Assembly (NCBI GenBank): GCA_034521575.1
Contig: JAXHMJ010000002.1
Coordinates: forward strand, 879,692 to 943,691
DNA: 64,000 nucleotides
From: Candidatus Zhuqueibacterota bacterium
Lineage (GTDB): Bacteria > Zhuqueibacterota > Zhuqueibacteria > Residuimicrobiales > Krinioviventaceae
Direction: 5' to 3'
Position numbers and translations under genes: made by a program. Of this stretch, positions 11,501 to 22,849 are shown piece by piece (position 1 is the stretch's first letter; each line of letters opens with the position of its first letter). The notes under the pieces were generated by a model. The model was not told the DNA's origin and searched no databases. It saw nothing but the letters and a program-made list of their open reading frames with translations.

Positions 11501-14500
11501 TCACCGGGGTCAAGCCGAGCATTGTCATTGGCATCCAGATACATTCTCCAGCCTTCCAGTCCCTCATCCCCACCGGACAGGATGCCATCTCTGTTCAAAT
11601 CATTGAACTTGAATCCGATCACGGCGACCTGACCAAAATCCATTGACAGCTCATGTACTTGCAGTATATGATCCTCAACTTCACCGGCCAGACCCTCACC
11701 ATACGGCGGCATCATCACCATCGCCGAGTTGCCCACAGAGATTCGGCAGCGCGCAACGATGGGGCCGGGCGTAACGAAACCGGGGGTGATAAAGTGTACG
11801 GGGATGCGTTGTGAAACAATGCCGTCAAAATGTTCACGCGAAAAAGTCCTGGACGTGACGGTTTCTCCCATCCCTTCATCAAACTGCCCGTTGCGGTTAT
11901 AATCGATCCACAACTGCATGGACACCTGATCGGCATCATGATCCTGAAACGGCGTGATATTAACAAACACAACAGACGGAACGCCCGGCGCCAAAAAAGA
12001 GCCGGTCAAACCGTTTTCATCATCATTGCCGTCCTCATCATCACCCACAGCGATCATATTCCATTGCATACCGCTGTCGTCATCCGGTCGATCACTCGCA
12101 CCGCCAAGCCAGGGACCGCCGAGCGGATTCCAGGCTTCCGGATAGCCGACCGGGGCATCGCCGTAATCGGTACCCTCCCGATCAATACACACCAGAAAAT
12201 AATCTTCTACTTCTCCATCTCCTCCATATCCTGTTGGAAGCAGATCAAATTCCGTATTTTGACTGTCTGAAACAAATAAACGGGTGCGCATAAAAGTATG
12301 TCCGATTTCAGCATCCTCCGGGATCGGGATGCTACGAGGCCAGGTATCTGTATCACCTCCGGTCATCAAAAATGGGCCGGTTAAGAACATTTCATCTTCA
12401 TCCCAGGTGTGGCTGATATCAAAATCGATCCAGCGTATCAGATAATAATACAATTCAGTGCCTTCGGGCGCATTTGAATGAACTTGTGTGGTCAGTTCCA
12501 ATGTTCCACCGGGATAATAGTCCATCCGGGGCAAAGTAGTGCCATCTTCATCATTCTCTCCGGAATCATCATCACCTTCAGCTGTTCGATGCGGTTGTCC
12601 GTCTCCCTCGTGATCAATCAGCTCTCCAAGTCGTACGAATGGATGCACAGTATGTGCCGCACCTTCATCCTCCCAGCGGGTTGGATACGGTTCGGGTGCA
12701 TCGCCAAGATCATAGACCTGCACCGTCTGGCGGGGAGAACACTGAAGCATATAGTCCTCGACTTCGCCATATCCTCCCATTCCGGTCGGAGAATTAACAT
12801 TCCACTGCACCACTTCGGAAGCATCCGGGCCGGTGAATAATCTAAAACGTGCTGCTATACGCCCAAACTCGGCATCTTCAGGGATTTCCAGTGTAAAGTC
12901 ATGGGTGGCTGTCGCACCCGCAGATACCACATCACTGGAAAAATATACCAGTTCATTGTATCCCAGCATATCCGAATCAAAAACATTGTTCTGGTTAAAA
13001 TCCACCCAGCCCTGGACCAAACAATGTTTTGATGAATCTTCAGAGTGTATAGTAATCTGCACATCAATTTCATCATCCCGGTGAAAAAAAGTTCTGCTGA
13101 ATGTGACTCCGTCTTCATCATCGATTCCATGATCATCATCACCCCTTGCCAACGCTGATGGTATACCGTCAATTTCTGCATCAATATGTTCACCCAATGA
13201 AAGAGCGCCAACAAAATGACAGGCGCCTCCATCCGCTTCCAGTGTAGGATAGGAATCCGGTGCATCACCGTAATCTCTATCCCTTGCTGGCAGAATATTC
13301 AAAAAATAATCCTCAACTTCACCTTCACCGCCGTGACCGACAGAAGAAATAAAATCAACAGGACCGCCGGGATCTGCATCATTTACATATAATCTAAACC
13401 GGGCGTAGGTATGCCCGGGCTCGACGTCCCCGGGAACCGTAAATGTAAAACTTGAATTATAAACAGGCAAGGCGGATGATACAGTCATGCTCTGCTCGCA
13501 AATCATTTCCTCAGAACCAACACCCGCATCCCATTCACCGTCATGGTTGTAGTCCATCCAGCCGTATACAGAAACAGTAGCGGCGCCACCCAGCGGCGGC
13601 ATGCCTTCGGTCGGTTGATATTTGACGGTAAAGGGAACCGTCAAGGTTTGTCCGGGATACAGTGTCATGGATTCGAAATGGATGCCGTCTTCATCATCCG
13701 AGCCGTTGGTATCATCGCCCAGACCATTGGCGGACGGACTGCCGCTGCTTTCCCCGTCCCACTCTGATCCCAGCACAGCGCTGCCGCGTCGATGTGAGGC
13801 GCCGTTATCCGCATACGTGGTTTGATACGGCGCCGGCGCGTCGCCAAAATCCCAGTTCTCCGAGATGATCACACTGGCCGAATCCTCATCCTTTTGATCA
13901 TGTGAATCATAAACCCGAAGATACACCTGACCTTCAAAGGGGGCGGCCCAGGTCTGATTAAACGTCTCCTCATCCGAATCGCCAAACATGCCGTCCTCAT
14001 CCAAATCCCATAACCACTGAGCGATGTAATCCCTCTCATCCGGATCATATGAGCCCGATCCGTCCAGTCTAACGGATTGTCCGACCAGTCCGTGATAAGG
14101 TCCGCCGGCGTCAGCAACCGGCGCACGATTGGGTGGGTTGTCCCAAAAGTTATTGCCGTGATACGGGCCATTGAGAATTTGACTGCCCGTATATTCTACT
14201 GCGGTAGAATTAAACACACTACCGCCAATTGTTTGAGCGGCAATCGATGTGTGTCCCGGCAAGTCATCCTGGACAATACGAATCGTTTTGGGAGTGGTTG
14301 AACCACTGATGGATACGGAAAAAGATCCGTCTGCGGATGTCACATCAGTATCCAAAAGCACACCGCTGCCAGACTCTACATTCAATAGTCTTATTGTGCT
14401 TCCCTCAATCGGACGCGAGGTCGATCCCTCCGGGCCCTCATAAAGATAACCGGTAAAAGTGGGTTGCGCGTACAACGAACAAACAGTAAGAATCCCTGCA

Positions 14501-14523
14501 ACCATCAGACATAAAGACTTCAT
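8592..14523 (-). CDS. giant secreted multidomain protein: signal peptide, at least five GEVED-domain repeats with DDDxGxDDEDG acidic loops, an SdrD-B-like domain, tandem duplicated Cys-Cys modules, and a T9SS C-terminal sorting domain
   Basis: 1,975 aa with an AGGAGG ribosome-binding site. N-terminal signal peptide MKSLCLMVAGILTVCSLYAQ. Five repeats ending G(E/D)GEVEDY(F/M)L, the Pfam GEVED signature. Repeated DDDSG…DDEDG motifs. FKFNDLNRDGILSGGDEGLEGWRMYLD matches an SdrD-B-like fold. Two internal duplications (…GICCGYSRWQGENMQITAWGDD… / …GLCCGASVWEGDNLLITLWGDD…). The C-terminus is NFPNPFNPVTRISFE…SGVYLCKMTA. After correcting a one-base indel near 8631, it ends …SFSSTQKMLLIK*, the canonical T9SS sorting-domain ending. 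Confidence 0.8.
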
Positions 14524-14701
14524 AGAACTCCCCTCCTACTCGATCTTGAATTAATGGTATAATTTAATTTTTATGACGGAATCTACCACTATTTTAAACA
14601 ATATGCAAACAAAATATAAGTATTGCCCCGATAGTTGCATTATAAACGTTCAGAACGGTCTCCCACCCCTCAGACGATTAAAAAAATCGATCGATGCATT
14701 T

Positions 14702-15079
14702 TTATTCATGCTCTGCTGCTATTTGCCCCAGTCCCACATACCTGGCCACTTTGTTCAATTTGCGTTCGATCAATATATTAATCACTTGTGCCAATCCGTA
14801 CATTTCAACCCGCAATTTGAATCTCGTTTTAATCTCGTGTATCATCTCTTCCAGTGTCGCATAGTCGGCCGGATCAATTTCATCCAGGATTTTATGAAAT
14901 GCGTTTACCCCTAAAAGCTCATTGCGAAACAGAGTCAGGTTATGCAGAAAAACATGTTCGGTACAGCGATGCTGCTTTTTACTTTGTTCCAGTTCTGTGA
15001 TAAGATGCTCAATGTCTTCTTTGAGATCATCCAGTTCGACGGAAAGAATGGCCAGATAATGTTTTTTGACAGATCGCAT
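14702..15079 (-). CDS. hypothetical helical protein (125 aa)
   Basis: A strong ribosome-binding site (AAAGGAGG) sits 6 nt upstream of the ATG. It lies between the DUF4249 gene and the giant protein gene on the same strand. No recognisable domain. Confidence 0.45.
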   Translation of the reverse strand: MRSVKKHYLAILSVELDDLKEDIEHLITELEQSKKQHRCTEHVFLHNLTLFRNELLGVNAFHKILDEIDPADYATLEEMIHEIKTRFKLRVEMYGLAQVINILIERKLNKVARYVGLGQIAAEHE

Positions 15080-15262
15080 GCAAACCTCCTTTTATATTAT
15101 TTTTATATACAGACTCGAATACGGTCGCAAAATATGCATTCTCGGAGGTCTAAAATTCAGGGCTTTACTCTATGAACAAATATAAACAGCTTGTTTATTT
15201 CGTATAGCTGATATTTTTCCGGATTTGATCCGGGCCGAACTTTTGCAGCCCGGATACATCTT

Positions 15263-16183
15263 TTATCGCAAAATTTCAAACTCTGTGGTATCACCAATAG
15301 CCGATCCAAACACACCAATTCCGTCACCTTTAAAATGGAACCGGGGTTCCAGCAGGTTGCCGTCTATTTCCTGAATATTATCAGCCGTCAATAGATAATC
15401 CGTAAAATTTTGATCAGCAGCGTATAAAATCACTTGATATTTGCCGTAAAACCAGGTCGAAAACCACTCGATATCCAGCACAGACAACTCTTTTCCATTT
15501 CCGACGCGGGTCTGATGCCATTGCCATTGATTTTTGGTATAGTTAAAGAATTGCTGTTCATCAGTATCCGAAAGATCATCGAGTTCATCTTTGTCCAATC
15601 CGAGAACATTTTTTTCGATAAAATTTTCCACTGACGCATCCAGAGCCACGATGGATGCAATATACGAGCCGGTTGACGGTGACCGATTAAAGGCTATTTG
15701 AAAACGGTCGCTGTTCGCCACTGCTGAATCATATTGACGCGGCTCCAGATTGGATGCGGACTCTTGAATCTCAAATCCGGTTTGCGGTACATGCGTGACG
15801 CTGGATGCGGAGAGCTGTTGGCCGTCAACACGCGCCTGCACATGCAGGCGATAGGATTGACCGCTTTGCACAATACAATCGGTTCCGTCATACTGAAAAC
15901 TCATGGCCAACGGGTTAAAAGTCAGAGGGTAAACCTCACCGGTTTGCAAATCCGTGACACTGACCGCCGCGTTTGTCAGAATAAAATCGCTCATGTTGAT
16001 TTCCCTATTCAGAGGATAGTTTCTGGATATACGGATACCGGCCGGACGTTTTCCGGCAAAAAGATAACCGTCGACAACAATTTTGGGATTATAGGTATCC
16101 TGATCGACATTGACCGGCACATCCCCGCAGGCCAGAATGCATATCATGACGGTACTTGCAAAATTTATATATAAACGTTTCAC
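15263..16183 (-). CDS. DUF4249-like lipoprotein, partner of the upstream TonB-dependent receptor
   Basis: Lipoprotein signal with lipobox (…ICILACGDV). It lies immediately downstream of a TonB-dependent receptor with a carboxypeptidase-regulatory-like N-terminus, an arrangement common in Bacteroidota-like genomes. The family assignment is from memory of that arrangement, not from a motif. Confidence 0.45.
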   Translation of the reverse strand: MKRLYINFASTVMICILACGDVPVNVDQDTYNPKIVVDGYLFAGKRPAGIRISRNYPLNREINMSDFILTNAAVSVTDLQTGEVYPLTFNPLAMSFQYDGTDCIVQSGQSYRLHVQARVDGQQLSASSVTHVPQTGFEIQESASNLEPRQYDSAVANSDRFQIAFNRSPSTGSYIASIVALDASVENFIEKNVLGLDKDELDDLSDTDEQQFFNYTKNQWQWHQTRVGNGKELSVLDIEWFSTWFYGKYQVILYAADQNFTDYLLTADNIQEIDGNLLEPRFHFKGDGIGVFGSAIGDTTEFEILR

Positions 16184-16198
16184 AATCAGTCTCCTTTG

Positions 16199-18544
16199 TT
16201 AAAAGATCAGATTCATTCCGATTGAAGGCAGTATGGGTAACATGCCCTGGGTATCGATATTCTGTACAATTCGATTATCGTTCAGTTCATCCTGATAATC
16301 GATAAACCACACATTTCTGCGATTGGTTACATTGAATATCTGAAGATAAGGTTCAAGCCGAAAATTTTTAAATTGGCGCTTATAGGTCATGCTCAAATCC
16401 AGGCGTACGTACGGAGGCAGCCGGAAATTATTGCGCTCGGTTGGATATAAATAATAGCCGGTATAAAAAGCCTGATCCGGCATCCGCTGCGTCACATACA
16501 CAGACTTGGTCGTCGTAATCGGCTGACCACTTGCATAGACAAAATTGACTCCAAACTGCCAGCTTTTTTTATCGGCGTGCATCGGCTGACCCCGCAAACC
16601 CCGCAGCGCATTTTTTACATCAATGTTACTGACAAGGTTCAACGTATGAGTCCGATCATGCCGGGGAACAAACACATTGCCGCTGTTCAACTCGGGAACC
16701 GTATTTTCAACCCGCCCGAGTGTATAAGACAGCCAGCCGGTCAACGGTCCCTGATCTCTGCGCATCAACACCTCCAGCCCGTACGCTTTAGCGCTGGCGG
16801 AATGAAAGAGTCCCTTGGCGCTGGTATACAGGGGTTCGCCTTTGTCATTGTAGCTGTCCGGACGCAAATCAATCCAGAAAAACGGATCAAAATGGTAGAT
16901 ATTGTCATAGTTTTTATAATATGCCTCTATTTCCAAAGAATAATTCTCCGCAACTTCTTTTTGCAAACCCACAATATAATGATCGGACTGAGAAACATCG
17001 TAATACTGATCTGAGGCGGACCAGATGTCAGCCACAAACAGTCTGGGAATCCGGAATAAATACTGATGGTATCGCCCGGTTGCCGCCTTTAAATTAACGG
17101 TTTCAGACAGACGGTATTTCAAGCTCAGACGCGGATCGATATCCTGCTGGTTTACATTATTCCAGGACGCGTTATAGCGCAGTCCGGCCTGCAGTTCGAA
17201 CAACGGACTCGGTGTCCACTCTGTCTGAATATAAGCCGCAGCATGCACCGGTGACTGTGTGACATCGGTTTCACCACCGGGAAACACAGATGTGTATACC
17301 CCGTTTAGCTGCTTGAATTCGAATCCCGCTTTCACATTCAGCTTTTGATTATAAAAATACTCTAAATTCCCCTTTAATGTTCGATCATCAATATTGTTGG
17401 TCTCATCAATATTGTCTGCAAATTCAAAATAGGAATCAAAAGAACTGGATGTCAACCAAAAATTTGCAAACAGCTTTGACGAAAATATATGAGTCCAGCG
17501 GGCGCTGGCTGTGGTGTTTCCCCAGCGGTATAATAAAGATTGCGAATTGTCATTCTCGGCATCAAAAACCTGATCCATATCGTCCTGGCCTTTGTATACA
17601 CTCAGTGTCAGTTTATCGTGAGGGCCCAGATCAAGATACGCTTTCAGATGTCCATCATAAAAATAATAATTCGGTATGTTCTCATCTTTAAAAGCCGGAA
17701 GTTTGGCAACTGTTTTGTCAAAATAGGTTCGGCGAAACGACCCGGACAAGGCTCCGAGATCACCCAGCGGCATCTGCAGGGTGGTTTTGGCGGACAACAG
17801 GCTGATACTGGTTTTTCCGGTATAACTGCGCCGATTGCCGTCCAGGTTGGTCACATTTAGCACCGAGGACAATCGTCCCCCGTATTCGGCCCCGAATCCG
17901 CCTTTGGAAATCTCGACATGCTTGATGGCATCTGTGTTGAACGTTGAAAATAATCCGAATAAATGTTCGGGATTATATACGTCCGTACCGTCAATCAGAT
18001 ACAAATTCTGATCCGGTGTGCCGCCGCGCACATAAAGTTCAGACGAAAAGTCAGAGACTGCCGCGATCCCCGGCATGGTTTGCAATGATCGCAGTAAATC
18101 GGCTTCCACAACCTGGGGTATGCTCTCAATCTGCCGCGGAGTCACGCTGATTTCAGATATCGGTTTACGGTACAACTTTGTACTGGTGCGCGCCGAATCC
18201 GCGACCACGGTCACTTTTTCTGAATAAATTGCAGCTGGTTTGAGAAAAAATTCGATTTCTTGTTTGCGCCCCGGTCTCACTTTGATGTCTTGAAGCCGGG
18301 TTTTATAGCCCATGTATCGGCACGTCAATTCATAGGAACCGGGCGGAATATCCGGGATCGAGAAAAACCCCATAGAATTGGTCGAAGAACCGATATACGT
18401 ATCCGGTATAAAGACATTGGCGCCGATCAGCGCTTCCCCGGTCTGATCATCATAGACGAATCCGCTGATCGTACCCGAACTTTGGGCGGATAGAACGCCT
18501 GATATAAATACAATAATCCAACTAACTGCAAACAGCTTTTGCAT
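16199..18544 (-). CDS. TonB-dependent receptor with an N-terminal carboxypeptidase-regulatory-like domain
   Basis: 781 aa. Signal peptide followed by GTISGFVYDDQTGEALIGANVFI (carboxypeptidase-regulatory-like). Plug domain (…YVRGGTPDQNLYLIDG…). Long beta-barrel with a C-terminal aromatic end (…GMNLIF). Confidence 0.85.
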   Translation of the reverse strand: MQKLFAVSWIIVFISGVLSAQSSGTISGFVYDDQTGEALIGANVFIPDTYIGSSTNSMGFFSIPDIPPGSYELTCRYMGYKTRLQDIKVRPGRKQEIEFFLKPAAIYSEKVTVVADSARTSTKLYRKPISEISVTPRQIESIPQVVEADLLRSLQTMPGIAAVSDFSSELYVRGGTPDQNLYLIDGTDVYNPEHLFGLFSTFNTDAIKHVEISKGGFGAEYGGRLSSVLNVTNLDGNRRSYTGKTSISLLSAKTTLQMPLGDLGALSGSFRRTYFDKTVAKLPAFKDENIPNYYFYDGHLKAYLDLGPHDKLTLSVYKGQDDMDQVFDAENDNSQSLLYRWGNTTASARWTHIFSSKLFANFWLTSSSFDSYFEFADNIDETNNIDDRTLKGNLEYFYNQKLNVKAGFEFKQLNGVYTSVFPGGETDVTQSPVHAAAYIQTEWTPSPLFELQAGLRYNASWNNVNQQDIDPRLSLKYRLSETVNLKAATGRYHQYLFRIPRLFVADIWSASDQYYDVSQSDHYIVGLQKEVAENYSLEIEAYYKNYDNIYHFDPFFWIDLRPDSYNDKGEPLYTSAKGLFHSASAKAYGLEVLMRRDQGPLTGWLSYTLGRVENTVPELNSGNVFVPRHDRTHTLNLVSNIDVKNALRGLRGQPMHADKKSWQFGVNFVYASGQPITTTKSVYVTQRMPDQAFYTGYYLYPTERNNFRLPPYVRLDLSMTYKRQFKNFRLEPYLQIFNVTNRRNVWFIDYQDELNDNRIVQNIDTQGMLPILPSIGMNLIF

Positions 18545-18667
18545 TTCATCTCCTCAAAATTATCATGTTTGTTTTATACAGAGGAACGCGCCCCTTTAAA
18601 ATATCCAGTACGGGTGAACCCAATCTTTGTTTCACCTTTTTATGATTTATTCGAGTCGGGTTCCCTG

Positions 18668-19186
18668 TTATCGGCGCTGCATAAAGACTGAATGATGGGA
18701 TATACGACGCACCAGAATCGGTACGACAACCAGTATCATCAACAGTCCCGGCGCCCCCCTCAGGACCCAAAGGATGGAAGTAAACGCTTCCGGAAGCCCC
18801 AATAGTGACGCCAAAACCGTTACCATAAAAAACAATACGATTCTGGAGGCGACAAGACCGGCTGCCAGGACCCAGAACACCCCCAGTTTTGTCGAATTAA
18901 ACAGTGCTCTGGCAACAACAGCCATCACCGTTAATTCTGCGATCATGATATAAATAATAGGCGGAGAAACAGGCGGCATGCCGGTAATCAGCGTAGAAAT
19001 TAGTGGCGAAAGCGCCGCCACAGCCACAGCAAATCCGAACGGCAAAAAAAACAGACTGATGGCAATGGGCCAGAACATGGGCAGAAAAAACGGACCCAGC
19101 CCAACAGCATGAAACAGAATCGGAAACAGCACACTGAGCGCCATAAACATAGCGCTCAGTGTGATATGTCTGGTCATTCCCGGCAT
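18668..19186 (-). CDS. small polytopic membrane protein (possibly an ECF-transporter S-component-like protein) in the nikR-TonB-receptor cluster
   Basis: About 170 aa with five to six hydrophobic helices. The start is taken at MPGM directly after the upstream receptor stop. The family assignment is weak. Confidence 0.4.
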   Translation of the reverse strand: MPGMTRHITLSAMFMALSVLFPILFHAVGLGPFFLPMFWPIAISLFFLPFGFAVAVAALSPLISTLITGMPPVSPPIIYIMIAELTVMAVVARALFNSTKLGVFWVLAAGLVASRIVLFFMVTVLASLLGLPEAFTSILWVLRGAPGLLMILVVVPILVRRISHHSVFMQRR

Positions 19187-19187
19187 A

Positions 19188-21037
19188 TCAGAACGAATAA
19201 TTGAGACGGGTGAGCAGCCTACGTCCGGGCATCGGATACCCCAGCAGGGTTTGATAGGAGCTGTCCAGCACATTTTTCAAATGCAGCGCCAGAGATACCG
19301 ACTTGCAAATCTGAACTGAAGCGCTGGTGTTGACAATCGTATAATCCGGCAACGGATCCTGTCGACCATCGGAACCGAACAAGTCGCGTGCGTGCAGCAG
19401 AGATACCGAGAAACGGGCAATGTTATAAACATAGCCGGCATTCAATGTCAGTTTTCGTTCCGGATATCCACGGGTTTCGTCTTTTAGGTCCATATCCGAC
19501 CAGGAAGCCGTAACCTGGAGATCATTTAAAGGTAACCAGTGGGCGCTCAGCTCATATCCGGTATGGACAAAATCTCCTGAATTCTGAAATTGCGGTTTGC
19601 CGCCTATAAAATTCATTCTAATCATATTGCTGCCTTTTGCGCGGAATACCACACCTTCCAAAACAGCGCGATCACCGATTCGATGTCGAATTCCGAATTC
19701 AGAATTCCACATCTCTTCCGGTTTCAGGTCTTTATTGCGCGGCGGAAACACATACAATTCCCGAATCGCAGGACTGCGAAAGCCTTTTGACGCGGATACA
19801 CGTACCGATGTATTTGACGTCAGATGCGACACCAACCCGAGTTTGGGCAGAACTTGCGAACCATACAGCTCATGTTGCTCCATGCGCAAACCGGCGGAAA
19901 GAATAAAGCGATGGTACAACAACTGCTGCATATGGACATACGGGGCGTATTCCCTCATGAATTTTTCATCATATTGGATATAAGGAACCTTGTTGATCGT
20001 GTCCTCCGCATCTCCGCCGTACTGCTTGTAATCCAGTCCCGCCGTCGTGGTGTTGCCCCGCCACAATTCCATATTGTGATAAAACATGACTCCCAATGTT
20101 TGATCATTCGATCGCCAGCCGTCAAAAATACGGTGCCGCCCGAAATTTCCATGCAGTTTGAGCACAGAACGTCCCAAACCACTTTCATGATCTATCGTCA
20201 AATCGGCGCCGGAACGATAGAGCTGATACCAGTGTTTTTCCTCGCGATAGGGCTCGGTCTCTGTCCCCGGGTCCAAAAGATAAATATCTGAATAATTGGC
20301 ATTGATCTCCAGACGGGTTTTTTCAGAAAATTCATATCCCATATGCGCCGTCATATGATTTCCGTCAAAATCAGAATTGTCACGATGACCGTCGGTTGCG
20401 CGCAGTCCGCCGGAGAGATGATAATTGAAATTCCCCGCTTTCCCGCCATGTCTGATTGATAAATTTCGGGTATCAAACGAGCCGGCTCCAACGGCAATAC
20501 CGGTTTCAAATCCAGGCTGATCCACATCACGCGTCACCAGATTGATGACACCGCCCATGGCATTGGTGCCGTAGAGAAAAGAAGCCGGGCCGCGTACCAC
20601 TTCAATACGCTCCAGCCCTTCCAGGGGATAAGCATCCGAAATCGCATGTCCCATCATTCCCACATGATATCCGGCCGACCATCACGCAGAACAAGCACCC
20701 CGGTCACCGGTGATCCGCCGGTCCCGCGGATGGAGACTCCCCCGGCAGCGCCGCTCGCCACACCATATCCCATCAGAGCGCGCTCTGTAAGAAAGACACC
20801 AGGCACTTGTTCTTTGATCAATTCAAGAGCCGAGTATGCAGTGGCTTTTTCAATGGTTTCCCGGTCAATGACGGAAACGCTGGCGGCAATATCCCGCTGC
20901 GCGCCTTCAACCTTAGTCGCCGTCACCACAACCGGATTGAACCGGTATTTCACAGAATCCACATCAGCAGAACTTGAAATTACGGTTTGTGAGAATAGCA
21001 AAACGGTCAATGTAAGCATTACATTAATATTTTTCAT
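19188..21037 (-). CDS. TonB-dependent outer-membrane receptor, interrupted by a frameshift near nt 20654-20670
   Basis: The N-terminal ORF (20654-21037) has a signal peptide and plug (…VSIRGTGGSPVTGVLVLRDGRPD). The C-terminal ORF (19188-20663) continues the plug (…EGLERIEVVRGPASFLYGTNAMGGVINLV…) and the barrel, ending with the terminal aromatic …RLNYSF. Confidence 0.8.
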
Positions 21038-21044
21038 ATTAGCC

Positions 21045-21464
21045 TCATTTTAATTTTTTACCTGTCGTAGTCATCACCAAATCACCATGTTTGACCCCTT
21101 TCATACCCATCAGTTCCTGAGCCAACTGACGCACCCGTTTCGCACAGCCGCGCACCGCCGAGACTTCCAGACTGTTATTCTCGTCCAGCTGCACGTGCAT
21201 GGTGGAAATAATTTCCTGCAGGGGCCCTTGCTCGGATTGGGCCAGCTTTTTGGTGATCGTATTCAGACAATTGTCGACAATAACGGTAATGGTACCGACA
21301 ACCTTGTCTTTGGGATTTTCCCATTCATCCTTGATCAGCGCATCCCGGATCAAATCACGAATCGCCTCTGAACGATTCGCATAACCGCGTCTGTCAATCA
21401 GTTTATCAAACTCTGACAGTAAATCTGAATCCAGAGAAACACCAAACCTCAACAGTGAACTCAT
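21045..21464 (-). CDS. nikR: NikR-family (ribbon-helix-helix + ACT-like) nickel-responsive transcriptional regulator
   Basis: The N-terminus RFGVSLDSDLLSEFDKLIDRRGYANRSEAIRDLIRDAL matches the NikR ribbon-helix-helix region. The C-terminal regulatory domain is about 90 aa. The metal-binding His/Cys set is not fully conserved, so the metal specificity is uncertain. Confidence 0.65.
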   Translation of the reverse strand: MSSLLRFGVSLDSDLLSEFDKLIDRRGYANRSEAIRDLIRDALIKDEWENPKDKVVGTITVIVDNCLNTITKKLAQSEQGPLQEIISTMHVQLDENNSLEVSAVRGCAKRVRQLAQELMGMKGVKHGDLVMTTTGKKLK

Positions 21465-21475
21465 TCAAACCTCCG

Positions 21476-21502
21476 TGTTACATTTTCTTAAAAAGTAACA
21501 CT
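21476..21502. promoter_or_regulatory. perfect inverted repeat GTGTTAC-N13-GTAACAC overlapping the nikR ribosome-binding site and promoter region (candidate NikR operator)
   Basis: 7-bp arms with a 13-bp spacer, directly upstream of the nikR start codon. The geometry resembles the E. coli NikR box (GTATGA-N16-TCATAC). Confidence 0.4.
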
Positions 21503-21527
21503 TTTATATAAAAAAATCAACACATTT

Positions 21528-22782
21528 TTAGAAAAAAATCATCCCGCCGTACGTGACGGTTGAACGATTATTATCCATGATTGTATTATCGTAATCCAGG
21601 AAATAACCCTCTGCGTCCGGAAGTATTTCGAGAAAGGTCCGCAGCGCCGCATAGCCGCACACATGATATTCATTGCCGTTCTGCTGGAAATAGCGCTGGA
21701 ATTGATGTTTATCCTGGTTGGCTACAATATCAAGTATTTTTATCACTGCGTTCCACATCAGCTAAAAACCGCGGATCCGGCTTGAAAGTATCTCCATAGG
21801 CAAGACCGACGTGCGCCAGATCTACACTGGCAATCACGCAAATGCTGCCCTTGAACTGACTTAGAACATTGTTCAGGGTCCGGGTGAAGGACTTTAACAT
21901 TTTTTCTGTTTCATCATCCTGCTGATGCTGGAATGAACACAACACAGGCAGGATTTTAAACGTGGGTTCGAAAAAATGTGAAAGGAACAGAGTCTGAAAC
22001 TCGATACTGTGTTCATTCCGATGCGCAAACTCATCGGCATACGCATCAAATTCGCATTGACGGGCGATATGATCCGCCATTTCCCAGTCGGTTTTCACCT
22101 TGGCAAGCGGGGTCTGAAAATGTTTTCGGGTCAGAGCAAACGGCATTTGCATGGTCATATGTCCGGTTCCGAGAATGACATAGAGATCAGCCGGTTTGGA
22201 CAAGGCCAACAGTTTATACACCTGGGCGTACATCTTTCCGCCTTTTCGCACATCAATATGCGGCGCTACTGCAGCTTTGACGGTACGGTTCACCAATTGG
22301 GTGGCAAGCTCCAGATGGGATTGGGCGTTGCGTGTCAACTCGTTCATAAATTGGGTGAGTTCCTGCGGGTCCTCCGGATAGCTGTGCTCACTGCAGGCCG
22401 GCAATCGTGTATCTGTCTTTTTATACTCAGTATGCGCCTGCCGCAATGTATGCCGGAAACGGTCATTCATCATCAAAAGACAGCTGTCCAGTTTTTTCAG
22501 CAGATTAAAATAACGCTGCGCCTCGATCCGGTTGCCGAATTTTGACAGATATTCCGCCTGTATCTCATCCTGTGAATGCTCTCCATCCATAAACTGCAGC
22601 AGATAATAAAGATCCGAAGAAATGAGCAGCTGTTCGTCGCCGAGATTCAGCGGATCATTCAAACCATAATACAGTCGGCCTTTGCGGTCATAGACATGAA
22701 ACGGCTCAAGATCATGACGCAATTGTGGGTATTTAGAGATCTGAGAGGGACTGGCATGAAAGCTTTTTCTTTTCAAAGTCAC
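21528..22782 (-). CDS. MEMO1-family protein (the 'system protein B' of the AmmeMemoRadiSam three-gene set), split by a homopolymer frameshift at the T5 run 21737-21741
   Basis: …AVAPHIDVRKGGKMYA…VILGTGH…ASVDLAHVG… matches the MEMO1 metal-binding motifs. The C-terminal piece (21528-21758) carries …YHVCGYAALRTFL…. Removing one T joins the frames as …VERSDKILDIVANQD…. Confidence 0.75.
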
Positions 22783-22849
22783 TTGTTGTCAAGCTCCACA
22801 GTTTAATGACAAACCAGCATTAATAATCGCCGGCAACCCGGACACCCGT

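Noticed and set aside
9041-14443. Many 60-315 aa ORFs on the plus strand inside the giant protein gene (e.g. 9511-10458, 10591-11196)
   Set aside because: These are shadow ORFs antisense to a long GC-biased coding region. They have no ribosome-binding sites, no domain signatures and biased composition.
18546-18770. 74-aa minus-strand ORF between the membrane protein and the TonB-dependent receptor
   Set aside because: It overlaps the 3' end of the membrane-protein gene in another frame. It is Gly/Thr-rich with no start context.
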